Source: the human T2T-CHM13v2.0 reference genome, Homo sapiens | DNA length: 64,000 bases | Assembly: GCF_009914755.1 (NCBI RefSeq) | Contig: NC_060927.1 | Reading direction: 5' to 3' (one strand) | Part shown: positions 41,501-54,800 of the stretch, in pieces | How the letters are laid out: every line of letters starts with the position of its first letter | Position numbering within the stretch: the first letter of the stretch is position 1 | Position numbers and translations under genes: made by a program | Notes under the pieces: model-generated | The model's input: only the letters and a program-made list of their open reading frames with translations | Told to the model about the DNA's origin: nothing | Database searches by the model: none

Positions 41501-44500
41501 AAAAAGAATATTTCAACACTCTTCTATCAAAAGGAAGGTTGAACTCTGAGAGTTAAACGCACACATCACAGAGAAGTTTCTGAGAATTCTTCTGTCAAGG
41601 TTTATATGAAGAAACCCCGTTTCCAATGAAGGCCTCAAAAAAGTCCAAATATTTACTTGCCGATTCCACAGAAAGAGTGTTTCATAACTGGTCTATCAAA
41701 AGAAAGGTTAAACTCAGTGAGTTGAACCCACACATCACAAAGTAGCTTCTGAGAATCATTCTGTCTAGTTCTCCTACGAAGATATTGCCTTTTCTACCGT
41801 AGGCCTCAAACGGCGCAAAATATCCACCTGGAAATTCTACCAAAACTGAGTTTAAAAGTGCTCTATTGAAAGGAAGCTTCACCTCTGTGAGTTGAAGGTA
41901 CACATCACCAAGAAGTTTCTGAGAATTCTTCTGTCTAGTTGTAAATGAAGAAATCACGTTTCAAACGAAGGCCACAAAGAGGTCCAAATATCCACCTGCA
42001 GATTCTGCAAAAAGAGGGTTTGAAAACTGCTCCATCAAGAGGAATGTTCAACTCTGTGCGTTGAATGCAAATATCACAAATAAGTTTCTGACAATATTTC
42101 TGTCTAGTTTTTATGTGAAGATATTTACTTTACTACTGTAGGCCTCAAAAGGCTCTAAATATACACTTGCAAATTCCACAAAAAGAGTGTTTCCAAACTG
42201 CTCTATCAAAGGAAGTTTAAACTCTGTCAGCTTAATGCAAGCATCACAAAACAGCTTCGGAGAATGAATCTGCCTAGTTTTTCTGTAAGGATATTTCTTT
42301 TTCTGCCATAGACCTCAAACCGCAGTAAAAATCCACTTGGAAATTCTACAAAAAGAGTATTTCAAAACTCTTCTATCGAAAGGAAGTCTCAACTCCATGA
42401 GTTAAATGCACATATCACAAATAATTTTCTGAGGATTCTTCTTTCAAGTTTTATATGAAGAAATCCCGTTTCCAAAGATGGCCTCAGAAAAGTCCCAATA
42501 TACACTTGCAGATTCTACAAAAAGAGTTTCTCAAAACTGCTCTACCAAAAGGAAGGTTAAACTCTGTGAGTTGAAGGCACACATCACAAAGTAGTTTCTG
42601 AGAATCATTCTGTCTAGTTTTTCTATGAAGATATTGCCTTTTCCACCATAGGCCTCAAACGGCGCTAAATATCCACTTGGAAATTCTACAAAAAGAGAGT
42701 TACTAAACTGCTCTATCGAAAGGAAGCTTCAACGCTGCGAGTTGAAAGCACACATCACGAAGAAGTTTATGAGAATTCTTCTGTCTACTTTTGTATGAAG
42801 CAGTCACGTTTCAAACGAAGGCCACAAAGAGGTCCAAATATCCACTTGGAGATTCAACAAAAAGAGTTTTTCAAAACTGCTCCGTCAAGAGGAATATTCA
42901 ACTCTGAGAGTTGAAGGCAGGTATCACAAAGTAGTTCCCGGCAATGCTTCTGTCTAGATTTTATGTGAAGACATTCCCTTTTGTACCACAGGCCTGAAAT
43001 CACTCTAAATATAGAATTGCAAATTCCACAAAAAGAGTGTTGAAAACCGCTCTATCCAAAGAAAGGTTAAACTCTCTCAGCTGAATGCGCACATCACAGA
43101 GCAGCTTCAGAGAACAATTCTGTCTAGTTTTTCTGTGAAGATAGTTTCTCTTCTACATAGGCCTCAAACAGCTCTAAATATTCACGTGGAAATTCTACAA
43201 AAAGAATATTTCAACACTCTTCTATCAAAAGGAAGGTTGAACTCTGAGAGTTAAATGCACACATCACAGAGAAGTTTCTGAGAATTCTTCTGTCAAGGTT
43301 TATATGAAGAAACCCCGTTTCCATTGAAGGCCTCAAAAAAGTCCAAATATTTACTTGCCGATTCCACAGAAAGAGTGTTTCATAACTGGTCTATCAAAAG
43401 AAAGGTTAAACTCAGTGAGTTGAACCCACACATCACAAAGTAGCTTCTGAGAATCATTCTGTTTAGTTCTCCTACGAAGATATTGCCTTTTCTACCATAG
43501 GCCTCAAACGGCGCAAAATATCCACCTGGAAATTCTACCAAAACTGAGTTTCAAAAGTGCTCTATTGAAAGGAAGCTTCACCTCTGTGAGTTGAAGGTAC
43601 ACATCACAAAGAAGTTTCTGAGAATTCTTCTGTCAAGTTGTAAATGAAGAAATCACGTTTCAAACGAAGGCCACAAAGAGGTCCAAATATCCACCTGCAG
43701 ATTCTGCAAAAAGAGGGTTTCAAAACTGCTCCATCAAGAGGAATGTTCAACTCTGTGCGTTGAAGGCAAATATCACAAATAAGTTTCTGACAATACTTCT
43801 GTCTAGTTTTTATGTGAAGATATTTACTTTCCTACTGTAGGCCTCAAAAGGCTCTAAATATACACTTGCAAATTCCACAAAAAGAGTGTTTCCAAACTGC
43901 TCTATCAAAGGAAGTTTAAACTCTGTCAGGTTAATGCAAGCATCACAAAACAGCTTCAGAGAATGAATCTGCCTAGTTTTTCTGTGAAGATATTTCTTTT
44001 TCTGCCATAGACCTCAAAGCGCTGTAAAAATCCACTTGGAAATTCTACAAAAAGAGTATTTCAAAACTCTTCTATCGAAAGGAAGTCTCAACTCCATGAG
44101 TTAAATGCACATATCACAAATAATTTTCTGAGGATTCTTCTTTCAAGTTTTATATGAAGAAATCCCGTTTCCAAAGATGGCCTCAGAAAAGTCCCAATAT
44201 ACACTTGCAGATTCTACAAAAAGAGTTTCTCAAAACTGCTCTACCAAAAGGAAGGTTAAACTCTGTGAGTTGAAGGCACACATCACAAAGTAGTTTCTGA
44301 GAATCATTCTGTCTAGTTTTTCTATGAAGATATTGCCTTTTCCACCATAGGCCTCAAACGGCGCTAAATATCCACTTGGAAATTCTACAAAAAGAGAGTT
44401 ACTAAACTGCTCTATCGAAAGGAAGCTTCAACGCTGCGAGTTGAAAGCACACATCACGAAGAAGTTTATGAGAATTCTTCTGTCTACTTTTGTATGAAGC

Positions 44501-47500
44501 AGTCACGTTTCAAACGAAGGCCACAAAGAGGTCCAAATATCCACTTGGAGATTCAACAAAAAGAGTTTTTCAAAACTGCTCCGTCAAGAGGAATATTCAA
44601 CTCTGAGAGTTGAAGGCAGGTATCACAAAGTAGTTCCCGGCAATGCTTCTGTCTAGATTTTATGTGAAGACATTCCCTTTTGTACCACAGGCCTGAAATC
44701 ACTCTAAATATAGAATTGCAAATTCCACAAAAAGAGTGTTGAAAACCGCTCTATCCAAAGAAAGGTTAAACTCTCTCAGCTGAATGCGCACATCACAGAG
44801 CAGCTTCAGAGAACAATTCTGTCTAGTTTTTCTGTGAAGATAGTTTCTCTTCTACATAGGCCTCAAACAGCTCTAAATATTCACTTGGAAATTCTACAAA
44901 AAGAATATTTCAACACTCTTCTATCAAAAGGAAGGTTGAACTCTGAGAGTTAAATGCACACATCACAGAGAAGTTTCTGAGAATTCTTCTGTCAAGGTTT
45001 ATATGAAGAAACCCCGTTTCCATTGAAGGCCTCAAAAAAGTCCAAATATTTACTTGCCGATTCCACAGAAAGAGTGTTTCATAACTGGTCTATCAAAAGA
45101 AAGGTTAAACTCAGTGAGTTGAACCCACACATCACAAAGTAGCTTCTGAGAATCATTCTGTTTAGTTCTCCTACGAAGATATTGCCTTTTCTACCATAGG
45201 CCTCAAACGGCGCAAAATATCCACCTGGAAATTCTACCAAAACTGAGTTTCAAAAGTGCTCTATTGAAAGGAAGCTTCACCTCTGTGAGTTGAAGGTACA
45301 CATCACAAAGAAGTTTCTGAGAATTCTTCTGTCAAGTTGTAAATGAAGAAATCACGTTTCAAACGAAGGCCACAAAGAGGTCCAAATATCCACCTGCAGA
45401 TTCTGCAAAAAGAGGGTTTCAAAACTGCTCCATCAAGAGGAATGTTCAACTCTGTGCGTTGAATGCAAATATCACAAATAAGTTTCTGACAATACTTCTG
45501 ACTAGTTTTTATGTGAAGATATTTCCTTTCCTACTGTAGGCCTCAAAACGCTCTAAATATACACTTGCAAATTCCACAAAAAGAGTGTTTCAAAACTGCT
45601 CTCTCAAAGGAAGTTTAAACTCTGTCAGCTTAATGCAAGCATCACAAAACAGCTTCGGAGAATGAATCTGCCTAGTTTTTCTGTGAAGATATTTCTTTTT
45701 CTGCCATAGACCTCAAACCGCTGTAAAAATCCACTTGGAAATTCTACAAAAAGAGTATTTCAAAACTCTTCTATCGAAAGGAAGTCTCAACTCCATGAGT
45801 TAAATGCACATATCACAAATAATTTTCTGAGGATTCTTCTTTCAAGTTTTATATGAAGAAATCCCGTTTCCAAAGATGGCCTCAGAAAAGTCCCAATATA
45901 CACTTGCAGATTCTACAAAAAGAGTTTTTCAAAACTGCTCTACCAAAAGGAAGGTTAAACTCTGTGAGTTGAAGGCACACATCACAAAGTAGTTTCTGAG
46001 AATCATTCTGTCTAGTTTTTCTATGAAGATATTACCTTTTCCACCATAGGCCTCAAACGGCGCTAAATATCCACTTGGAAATTCTACAAAAAGAGAGTTA
46101 CTAAACTGCTCTATCGAAAGGAAGCTTCAACGCTGCGAGTTGAAAGCACACATCACGAAGAAGTTTATGAGAATTCTTCTGTCTACTTTTGTATGAAGCA
46201 GTCACGTTTCAAACGAAGGCCACAAAGAGGTCCAAATATCCACTTGGAGATTCAACAAAAAGAGTTTTTCAAAACTGCTCCGTCAAGAGGAATATTCAAC
46301 TCTGAGAGTTGAAGGCAGGTATCACAAAGTAGTTCCCGGCAATGCTTCTGTCTAGATTTTATGTGAAGACATTCCCTTTTGTACCACAGGCCTGAAAGCA
46401 CTCTAAATATAGAATTGCAAATTCCACAAAAAGAGTGTTGAAAACCGCTCTATCCAAAGAAAGGTTAAACTCTGTCAGCTGAATGCGCACATCACAGAGC
46501 AGCTTCAGAGAACAATTATGTCTAGTTTTTCTGTGAAGATAGTTTCTCTTCTACATAGGCCTGAAACCGCTCTAAATATTCACTTGGAAATTCTACAAAA
46601 AGAATATTTCAACACTCTTCTATCAAAAGGAAGGTTGAACTCTGAGAGTTAAACGCACACATCACAGAGAAGTTTCTGAGAATTCTTCTGTCAAGGTTTA
46701 TATGAAGAAACCCCGTTTCCAATGAAGGCCTCAAAAAAGTCCAAATATTTAGTTGCCGATTCCACAGAAAGAGTGTTTAATAACTGGTCTATCAAAAGAA
46801 AGGTTAAACTCAGTGAGTTGAACCCACACATCACAAAGTAGCTTCTGAGAATCATTCTGTCTAGTTCTCCTACGAAGATATTGCCTTTTCTACCATAGGC
46901 CTCAAACGGCGCAAAATATCCACCTGGAAATTCTACCAAAACTGAGTTTCAAAAGTGCTCCATTGAAAGGAAGCTTCACCTCTGTGAGTTGAAGGTACAC
47001 ATCACAAAGAAGTTTCTGAGAATTCTTCTGTCTAGTTGTAAATGAAGAAATCGCGTTTCAAACGAAGGCCACAAAGAGGTCCAAATATCCACCTGCAGAT
47101 TCTGCAAAAAGAGGGTTTGAAAACTGCTCCATCAAGAGGAATGTTCAACTCTGTGCGTTGAATGCAAATATCACAAATAAGTTTCTGACAATACTTCTGT
47201 CTAGTTTTTATGTGAAGATATTTCCTTTCCTACTGTAGGCCTCAAAACGCTCTAAATATACACTTGCAAATTCCACAAAAAGAGTGTTTCCAAACTGCTC
47301 TATCAAAGGAAGTTTAAACTCTGTCAGCTTAATGCAAGCATCACAAAACAGCTTCGGAGAATGAATCTGCCTAGTTTTTCTGTGAAGATATTTCTTTTTC
47401 TGCCATAGACCTCAAACCGCTGTAAAAATCCACTTGGAAATTCTACAAAAAGAGTATTTCAAAACTCTTCTATCGAAAGGAAGTCTCAACTCCATGTGTT

Positions 47501-49260
47501 AAATGCACATATCACAAATAATTTTCTGAGGATTCTTCTTTCAAGTTTTATAAGAAGAAATCCCGTTTCCAAAGATGGCCTCAGAAAAGTCCCAATATAC
47601 ACTTGCAGATTCTACAAAAAGAGTTTTTCAAAACTGCTCTACCAAAAGGAAGGTTAAACTCTGTGAGTTGAAGGCACACATCACAAAGTAGTTTCTGAGA
47701 ATCATTCTGTCTAGTTTTTCTATGAAGATATTGCCTTTTCCACCATAGGCCTCAAACCGCGCTAAATATCCACTTGGAAATTCTACAAAAAGAGAGTTAC
47801 TAAACTGCTCTATCGAAAGGAAGCTTCAACGCTGCGAGTTGAAAGCACACATCACGAAGAAGTTTATGAGAATTCTTCTGTCTACTTTTGTATGAAGCAG
47901 TCACGTTTCAAACGAAGGCCACAAAGAGGTCCAAATATCCACTTGGAGATTCAACAAAAAGAGTTTTTCAAAACTGCTCCGTCAAGAGGAATATTCAACT
48001 CTGAGAGTTGAAGGCAGGTATCACAAAGTAGTTCCCGGCAATGCTTCTGTCTAGATTTTATGTGAAGACATTCCCTTTTGTACCACAGGCCTGAAAGCAC
48101 TCTAAATATACAATTGCAAATTCCACAAAAAGAGTGTTGAAAACCGCTCTATCCAAAGAAAGGTTAAACTCTGTCAGCTGAATGCGCACATCACAGAGCA
48201 GCTTCAGAGAACAATTATGTCTAGTTTTTCTGTGAAGATATTTTCTCTTCTACATAGGCCTGAAACTGCTCTAAATATTCACTTGGAAATTCTACAAAAA
48301 GAATATTTCAACACTCTTCTATCAAAAGGAAGGTTAAACTCTGAGAGTTAAACGCACACATCACAGAGAAGTTTCTGAGAATTCTTCTGTCAAGGTTTAT
48401 ATGAAGAAACCCCGTTTCCAAAGAAGGCCTCAAAAAAGTCCAAATATTTACTTGCCGATTCCACAGAAAGAGTGTTTCATAACTGGTCTATCAAAAGAAA
48501 GGTTAAACTCAGTGAGTTGAACCCACACATCACAAAGTAGCTTCTGAGAATCATTCTGTCTAGTTCTCCTACGAAGATATTGCCTTTTCTACCATAGGCC
48601 TCAAACGGCCCAAAATATCCACCTGGAAATTCTACCAAAACTGAGTTTCAAAAGTGCTCTATTGAAAGGAAGCTTCACCTCTGTGAGTTGAAGGTACACA
48701 TCACTAATAAGTTTCTGAGAATTCTTCTGTCTAGTTGTAAATGAAGAAATCACGTTTCAAACGAAGGCCACAAAGAGGTCCAAATATCCACCTGCAGATT
48801 CTGCAAAAAGAGGGTTTCAAAACTGCTCCATCAAGAGGAATGTTCAACTCTGTGCGTTGAATGCAAATATCACAAATAAGTTTCTGACAATACTTCTGTC
48901 TAGTTTTTATGTGAAGATATTTCCTTTCCTACTGTAGGCCTCAAAACGCTCTAAATATACACTTGCAAATTCCACAAAAAGAGTGTTTCAAAACTGCTCT
49001 CTCAAAGGAAGTTTAAACTCTGTCAGCTTAATGCAAGCATCACAAAACAGCTTCGGAGAATGAATCTGCCTAGTTTCTCTGTGAAGATATTTCTTTTTCT
49101 GCCATAGACCTCAAACCGCTGTAAAAATCCACTTGGAAATTCTACAAAAACAGTATTTCAAAACTCTTCTATCGAAAGGAAGTCTCAACTCCATGAGTTA
49201 AATGCAGATATCACAAATAATTTTCTCAGGATTCTTCTTTCAAGTTTTATATGAAGAAAT

Positions 49261-50110
49261 CCCGTTTCCAAAGATGGCCTCAGAAAAGTCCCAATGTACA
49301 CTTGCAGATTCTAAAAAAAGAGTTTTTCAAAACTGCTCTACCAAAAGGAAGGTTAAACTCTGTGAGTTGAAGGCACACATCACAAAGTAGTTTCTGAGAA
49401 TCATTCTGTCTAATTTTTCTATGTAGATATTACCTTTTCCACCATAGGCCTCAAACGGCGCTAAATATCCACTTGGAAATTCTACGAAAAGAGAGTTACA
49501 AAACTGCTCTATCGAAAGGAAGCTTCAACGCTGCGAGTTGAAAGCACACATCACGAAGAAGTTTATGAGAATTCTTCTGTCTACTTTTGTATGAAGCAGT
49601 CACGTTTCAAACGAAGGCCACAAAGAGGTCCAAATATCCACTTGGAGATTCAACAAAAAGAGTTTTTCAAAACTGCTCCGTCAAGAGGAATATTCAACTC
49701 TGAGAGTTGAAGGCAGGTATCACAAAGTAGTTCCCGGCAATGCTTCTGTCTAGATTTTATGTGAAGACATTCCCTTTTGTACCACAGGCCTGAAAGCACT
49801 CTAAATATAGAATTGCAAATTCCACAAAAAGAGTGTTTCCAAACTGCTCTATCAAAGGAAGTTTAAACTCTGTCAGCTTAATGCAAGCATCACAAAACAG
49901 CTTCGGAGAATGAATCTGCCTGGTTTTTCTGTGAAGATATTACTTTTTCTGCCATAGCCCTCAAACCGCTGTAAAAATCCACTTGGAAATTCTACAAAAA
50001 GAGTATTTCAAAACTCTTCTATCGAAAGGAAGTTTCAACTCCATGAGTTAAATGCACATATCACAAATAATTTTCTGAGGATTCTTCTTTCAAGTTTTAT
50101 ATGAAGAAAT
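49261..50110 (-). repeat. 5-mer HOR variant (monomers 1-2-3-4/9-10, numbering from the window anchor), 850 bp
   Basis: The anchor recurs after 850 bp. The monomer 4 start (CTAAATATAGAA) runs into monomer 9 sequence (TTCCAAACTGCTCTATCAAAGGAAG) across 49,813-49,837. Confidence 0.95.
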
Positions 50111-50960
50111 CCCGTTTCCAAAGATGGCCTCAGAAAAGTCCCAATATACACTTGCAGATTCTACAAAAAGAGTTTTTCAAAACTGCTCTACCAAAAGGAA
50201 GGTTAAACTCTGTGGGTTGAAGGCACACATCACAAAGTAGTTTCTGAAAATCATTCTGTCTAGTTTTTCTATGAAGATATTGCCTTTTCCACCATAGGCC
50301 TCAAACGGCGCTAAATATCCACTTGGAAATTCTACAAAAAGAGAGTTACTAAACTGCTCTATCGAAAGGAAGCTTCAACTCTGCGAGTTGAAAGCACACA
50401 TCACGAAGAAGTTTGTGAGAATTCTTCTGTCTACTTTTGTATGAAGCAGTCACGTTTCAAACGAAGGCCAGAAAGAGGTCCAAATATCCACTTGGAGATT
50501 CAACAAAAAGAGTTTTTCAAAACTGCTCCATCAAGAGGAATATTCAACTCTGAGATTTGAAGGCAGGTATCACAAAGTACTTCCCGACAATGCTTCTGTC
50601 TAGATTTTATGTGAAGGCATTCCCTTTTGTACCACAGGCCTGAAAGCACTCTAAATATAGAATTGCAAATTCCACAAAAACAGTGTTTCCAAACTGCTCT
50701 ATCAAAGGAAGTTTAAACTCTGTCAGCTTAATGGAAGCATCACAAAACAGCTTCGGAGAATGAATCTGCCTGCTTTTTCTGTAAAGATATTCCTTTTTCT
50801 GCCATAGACCTCAAACCGCTGTAAAAATCCACTTGGAAATTCTACAAAAAGAGTATTTCAAAACTCTTCTATCGAAAGGAAGTCTGAACTCCATGAGTTA
50901 AATGCACATATCACAAATAATTTTCTGAGGATTCTTCTTTCAAGTTTTATATGAAGAAAT
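50111..50960 (-). repeat. Second 5-mer HOR variant with the same 4/9 hybrid monomer, 850 bp
   Basis: Same junction at ~50,663-50,687; anchor spacing is 850 bp. Confidence 0.95.
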
Positions 50961-51810
50961 CCCGTTTCCAAAGATGGCCTCAGAAAAGTCCCAATATACA
51001 CTTGCCGATTCCACAAAAAGAGTGTTTCATAACTGGTCTATCAAAAGAAAGGTTAAACTCAGTGACTTGAACCCACACATCACAAAGTAGCTTCTGAGAA
51101 TCATTCTGTCTAGTTCTCCTACGAAGATATTGCCTTTTCTACCATAGGCCTCAAACGGCGCAAAACATCCACCTGGAAATTCTACCAAAACTGAGTTTCA
51201 AAAGTGCTCTATTGAAAGGAAGCTTCACCTCTGTGAGTTGAAGGTACACATCACTAAGAAGTTTCTGAGAATTCTTCTGTCTAGTTGTAAATGAAGAAAT
51301 CACGTTTCAAACGATGGCCACAAAGAGGTCCAAATATCCACCTGCAGATTCTGCAAAAAGAGGGTATCAAAACTGCTCCATCAAGAGGAATGTTCAACTC
51401 TGTGTTTTGAATGCAAATATCACATGTAAGTTTCTGACAATATTTCTGTGTAGTTTTTATGTGAAGATATTTCGTTTCCTACTGTAGGCCTCAAAACGCT
51501 CTAAATATACACTTGCAAATTCCACAAAAAGAGTGTTTCCAAACTGCTCTATCAAAGGAAGTTTTAACTCTGTCCGCTTAATGCAAGCATCACAAAACAG
51601 CTTCGGAGAATGAATCTGCCTAGTTTTTGTGTGAATATATTTCTTTTTCTGCCATAGACCTCAAACCGCTGTAAAAATCCACATGGACATTCTACAAAAA
51701 GAGTATTTCAAAGCTCTTCTATCGAAAGGAAGTTTCAACTCCATGAGTTAAGTGCACATATCACAAATAATTTTCTGAGGATTCTTCTTTCAAGTTTTAT
51801 ATGAAGAAAT
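50961..51810 (-). repeat. Third 5-mer HOR variant (monomers 1/6-7-8-9-10), 850 bp
   Basis: The monomer 1 start (GAAAAGTCCCAATATACA) joins monomer 6 sequence (CTTGCCGATTCCAC...GTGTTTCATAACTGG) at ~51,000-51,005. Confidence 0.95.
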
Positions 51811-54800
51811 CCCGTTTCCAAAGATGGCCTCAGAAAAGTCCCAATATACACTTGCAGATTCTACAAAAAGAGTTTTTCAAAACTGCTCTATCAAAAGGAA
51901 GGTTAATCTCTGTGAGTTGAAGGCACACATCACAGAGTAGTTTCTGAGAATCATTCTGTCTAGTTTTTCTATGAAGATATCGCCTTCTCCACCATAGGCC
52001 CCAAACGGCGCTAAATATCCACTTGGAAATTCGACAAAAAGAGAGTTACAAGACTGCTCTATCGAAAGGAAGCTTCAACTCTGCGAGTTCAAAGCACACA
52101 TCACGAAGAAGTTTATGAGAATTCTTCTGTCTACTTTTGTATGTAGCAGTCACGTTTCAAACGAAGGCCACAAAGAGGTCCAAATATCCACTTGGAGATT
52201 CAACAAAAAGAGTTTTTCAAAACTGCTCCATCAAGAGGAATATTCAACTCTGAGAGTTGAAGGCAGATATCTCAAAGTAGTTCCCGACAATGCTTCTGTC
52301 TGGATTTTATGTGAAGACATTCCCTTTTATACCACAGGCCTGAAAGCACTCTAAATATAGAATTGCAAATTCCACAAAAAGAGTGTTTAAAACCGCTCTA
52401 TCCAAAGAAAGGTTAAACTCTGTCAGCTGAATGCGCACATCACAGAGAAGCTTCAGAGAACAATTATGTCTAGTTTGTCCGTGAAGATAGTTTCTCTTCC
52501 ACATAGGCCTGAGACCCCTCTAAATATTCACTTGGAAATTCTGCAAAAAGAATATTTCAACACTCTTCCATCAAAAGGAAGGTTGAACTCTGAGAGTTAA
52601 ACGCACACATCACAGAGAAGTTTCTGAGAATTCTTCTGTCAAGGTTTATATGAAGAAACCCCGTTTCCAATGAAGGCCTCAAAAAAGTCCACATATTTAC
52701 TTGCACATTCCACAAAAAGAGTGTTTCATAACTGGTCTATCAAAAGAAAGGTTAAACTCAGTGAGTTGAACCCACACATCACAAAGTAGCTTCTGAGAAT
52801 CATTGTGTCTAGTTCTCCTATGAAGATATTGCCTTTTCTACCATAGGCCTCAAACGGCGTTAAATATCCACCTGGAAATTCTACCAAAACTGAGCTTCAA
52901 AAGTGCTCTATTGAAAGGAAGCTTCACCTCTGTGAGTTGAAGGTACACATCACTAAGAAGTTTCTGAGAATTTTTCTGTCTAGTTGTAAATGAAGAAATC
53001 ACGTTTCAAACGAAGGCCACAAAGAGGTCCAAATATCCACCTGCAGATTCTACAAAAAGAGTGTTTCAAAACTGCTCCATCAAGAGGAATGTTCAACTCT
53101 GTGCGTTGAATGCAAATATCACAAGTAAGTTTCTGACAATACTTCTGTGTAGTTTTTATGTGAAGATATTTCCTTTCCTACTGCAGGCCTCAAAACGCTC
53201 TAAATATACACTTGCAATTTCCACAAAAAGAGTGTTTCCAAACTGCTCTCTCAAACGAAGTTTAAACTCTGTCCGCTTAATGCAAGCATCACAAAACAGC
53301 TTCGGAGAATGAATCTGCCTAGTTTTTCTGTGAAGATATTTCTTTTTCTGCCATAGACCTCAAACCGCTGTAAAAATCCACTTGGAAATTCTACAAAAAG
53401 AGTATTTCAAAGCTCTTCTATCGAAAGGAAGTTTCAACTCCATGAGTAAAATGCACATATCACAAATAATTTTCTGAGGATTCTTCTTTCAAGTTTTATA
53501 TGAAGAAATCCCGTTTCCAAAGATGGCCTCAGAAAAGTCCCAATATACACTTGCAGATTCTACAAAAAGAGTTTTTCAAAACTGCTCTATCAAAAGGAAG
53601 GTTAAACTCTGTGAGTTGAAGGCACACATCCCAGAGTGGTTTCTGAGAATCATTCTGTCTAGTTTTTCTATGAAGATATCGCCTTCTCCACCATAGGCCT
53701 CAAACGGCGCTAAATATCCACTTGGAAATTCTACAATAAGAGAGTTACAAGACTGCTCTATCGAAAGGAAGCTTCAACTCTGCGAGTTGAAAGCACACAT
53801 CACGAAGAAGTTTATGAGAATTCTTCTGTCTACTTTTGTATGAAGCAGTCACTTTTCAAATGAAGGCCACAAAGAGGTCCAAATATCCACTTGGAGATTC
53901 AACAAAAAGAGTTTTTCAAAACTGCTCCATCAAGAGGAATATTCAACTCTGAGAGTTGAAGGCAGGTATCACAAAGTAGTTCCCGACAATGCTTCTGTCT
54001 AGATTTTATGTGAAGACATTCCCTTTTGTACCACAGGCCTGAAAGCACTCTAAAGATAGAATTGCAAATTCCACAAAAAGAGGGTTTAAAACCGCTCTAT
54101 CCAAAGAAAGGTTAAACTCTGTCAGCTGAATGCGCACATCACAGAGTACCTTCAGAGAACAATTATGTCTACTTTTTCCGTGAAGATAGTTTCTCTTCCA
54201 CATAGGCCTGAGACCCCTCTAAATATTCACTTGGAAATTCTGCAAAAAGAATATTTCAACACTCTTCTATCAAAAGGATGGTTGAACTCTGAGAGTTAAA
54301 CGCACACATCACAGAGAAGTTTCTGAGAATTCTTCTGTCAAGGTTTATATGAAGAAACCCCGTTTCCAATGAAGGCCTCAAAAAAGTCCACATATTTACT
54401 TGCAGATTCCACAAAAAGAGTGTTTCATAACTGGTCTATCAAAAGGAAGGTTAAACTCAGTGAGTTGAACCCACACATCACAAAGTAGCTTCTGAGAATC
54501 ATTCTGTCTAGTTCTCCTACGAAGATATTGCCTTTTCTACCATACGCCTCAAACTGCGCTAAATATCCACCTGGAAATTCTACCAAAACTGAGCTTCAAA
54601 AGTGCTCTATTGAAAGGAAGCTTCACCTCTGTGAGTTGAAGGTACACATCACAAAGAAGTTTCTGAGAATTCTTCTGTCTAGTTGTAAATGAAGAAATCA
54701 CGTTTCAAACGAAGGCCACAAAGAGGTCCAAATATCCACCTGCAGATTCTACAAAAAGAGTGTTTCAAAACTGCTCCATCAAGAGGAATGTTCAACTCTG

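Larger units (their letters stand above)
1..49260 (-). repeat. 29 consecutive 10-mer HOR units (1,697-1,699 bp each)
   Basis: The anchor CCCGTTTCCAAAGATGGCCTCAGAAAAGTCCC (minor variants) starts at 1, 1700, 3399, 5098, 6796, 8495, 10194, 11893, 13592, 15291, 16988, 18686, 20385, 22083, 23781, 25479, 27178, 28877, 30576, 32275, 33973, 35671, 37369, 39068, 40767, 42465, 44164, 45863 and 47562. Confidence 0.97.
11794..51400. repeat. HOR haplotype I block (also present at 1-~3,400)
   Basis: Linked variants: CTCTACCAAAAGG, GATATTGCCTTTTCC, GTTACTAAAC, CAACGCTGCG, CAGAGCAGC, TCTGCAAAAAGAGGG, AAGTCTCAAC. Confidence 0.85.

Noticed and set aside
1960-41860. Isolated 1-bp deletions (for example ~1,961, ~5,490, ~15,668, ~16,487, ~18,398, ~41,853)
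   Set aside because: These are singletons, often in short homopolymers. They are ordinary mutations or sequencing errors.
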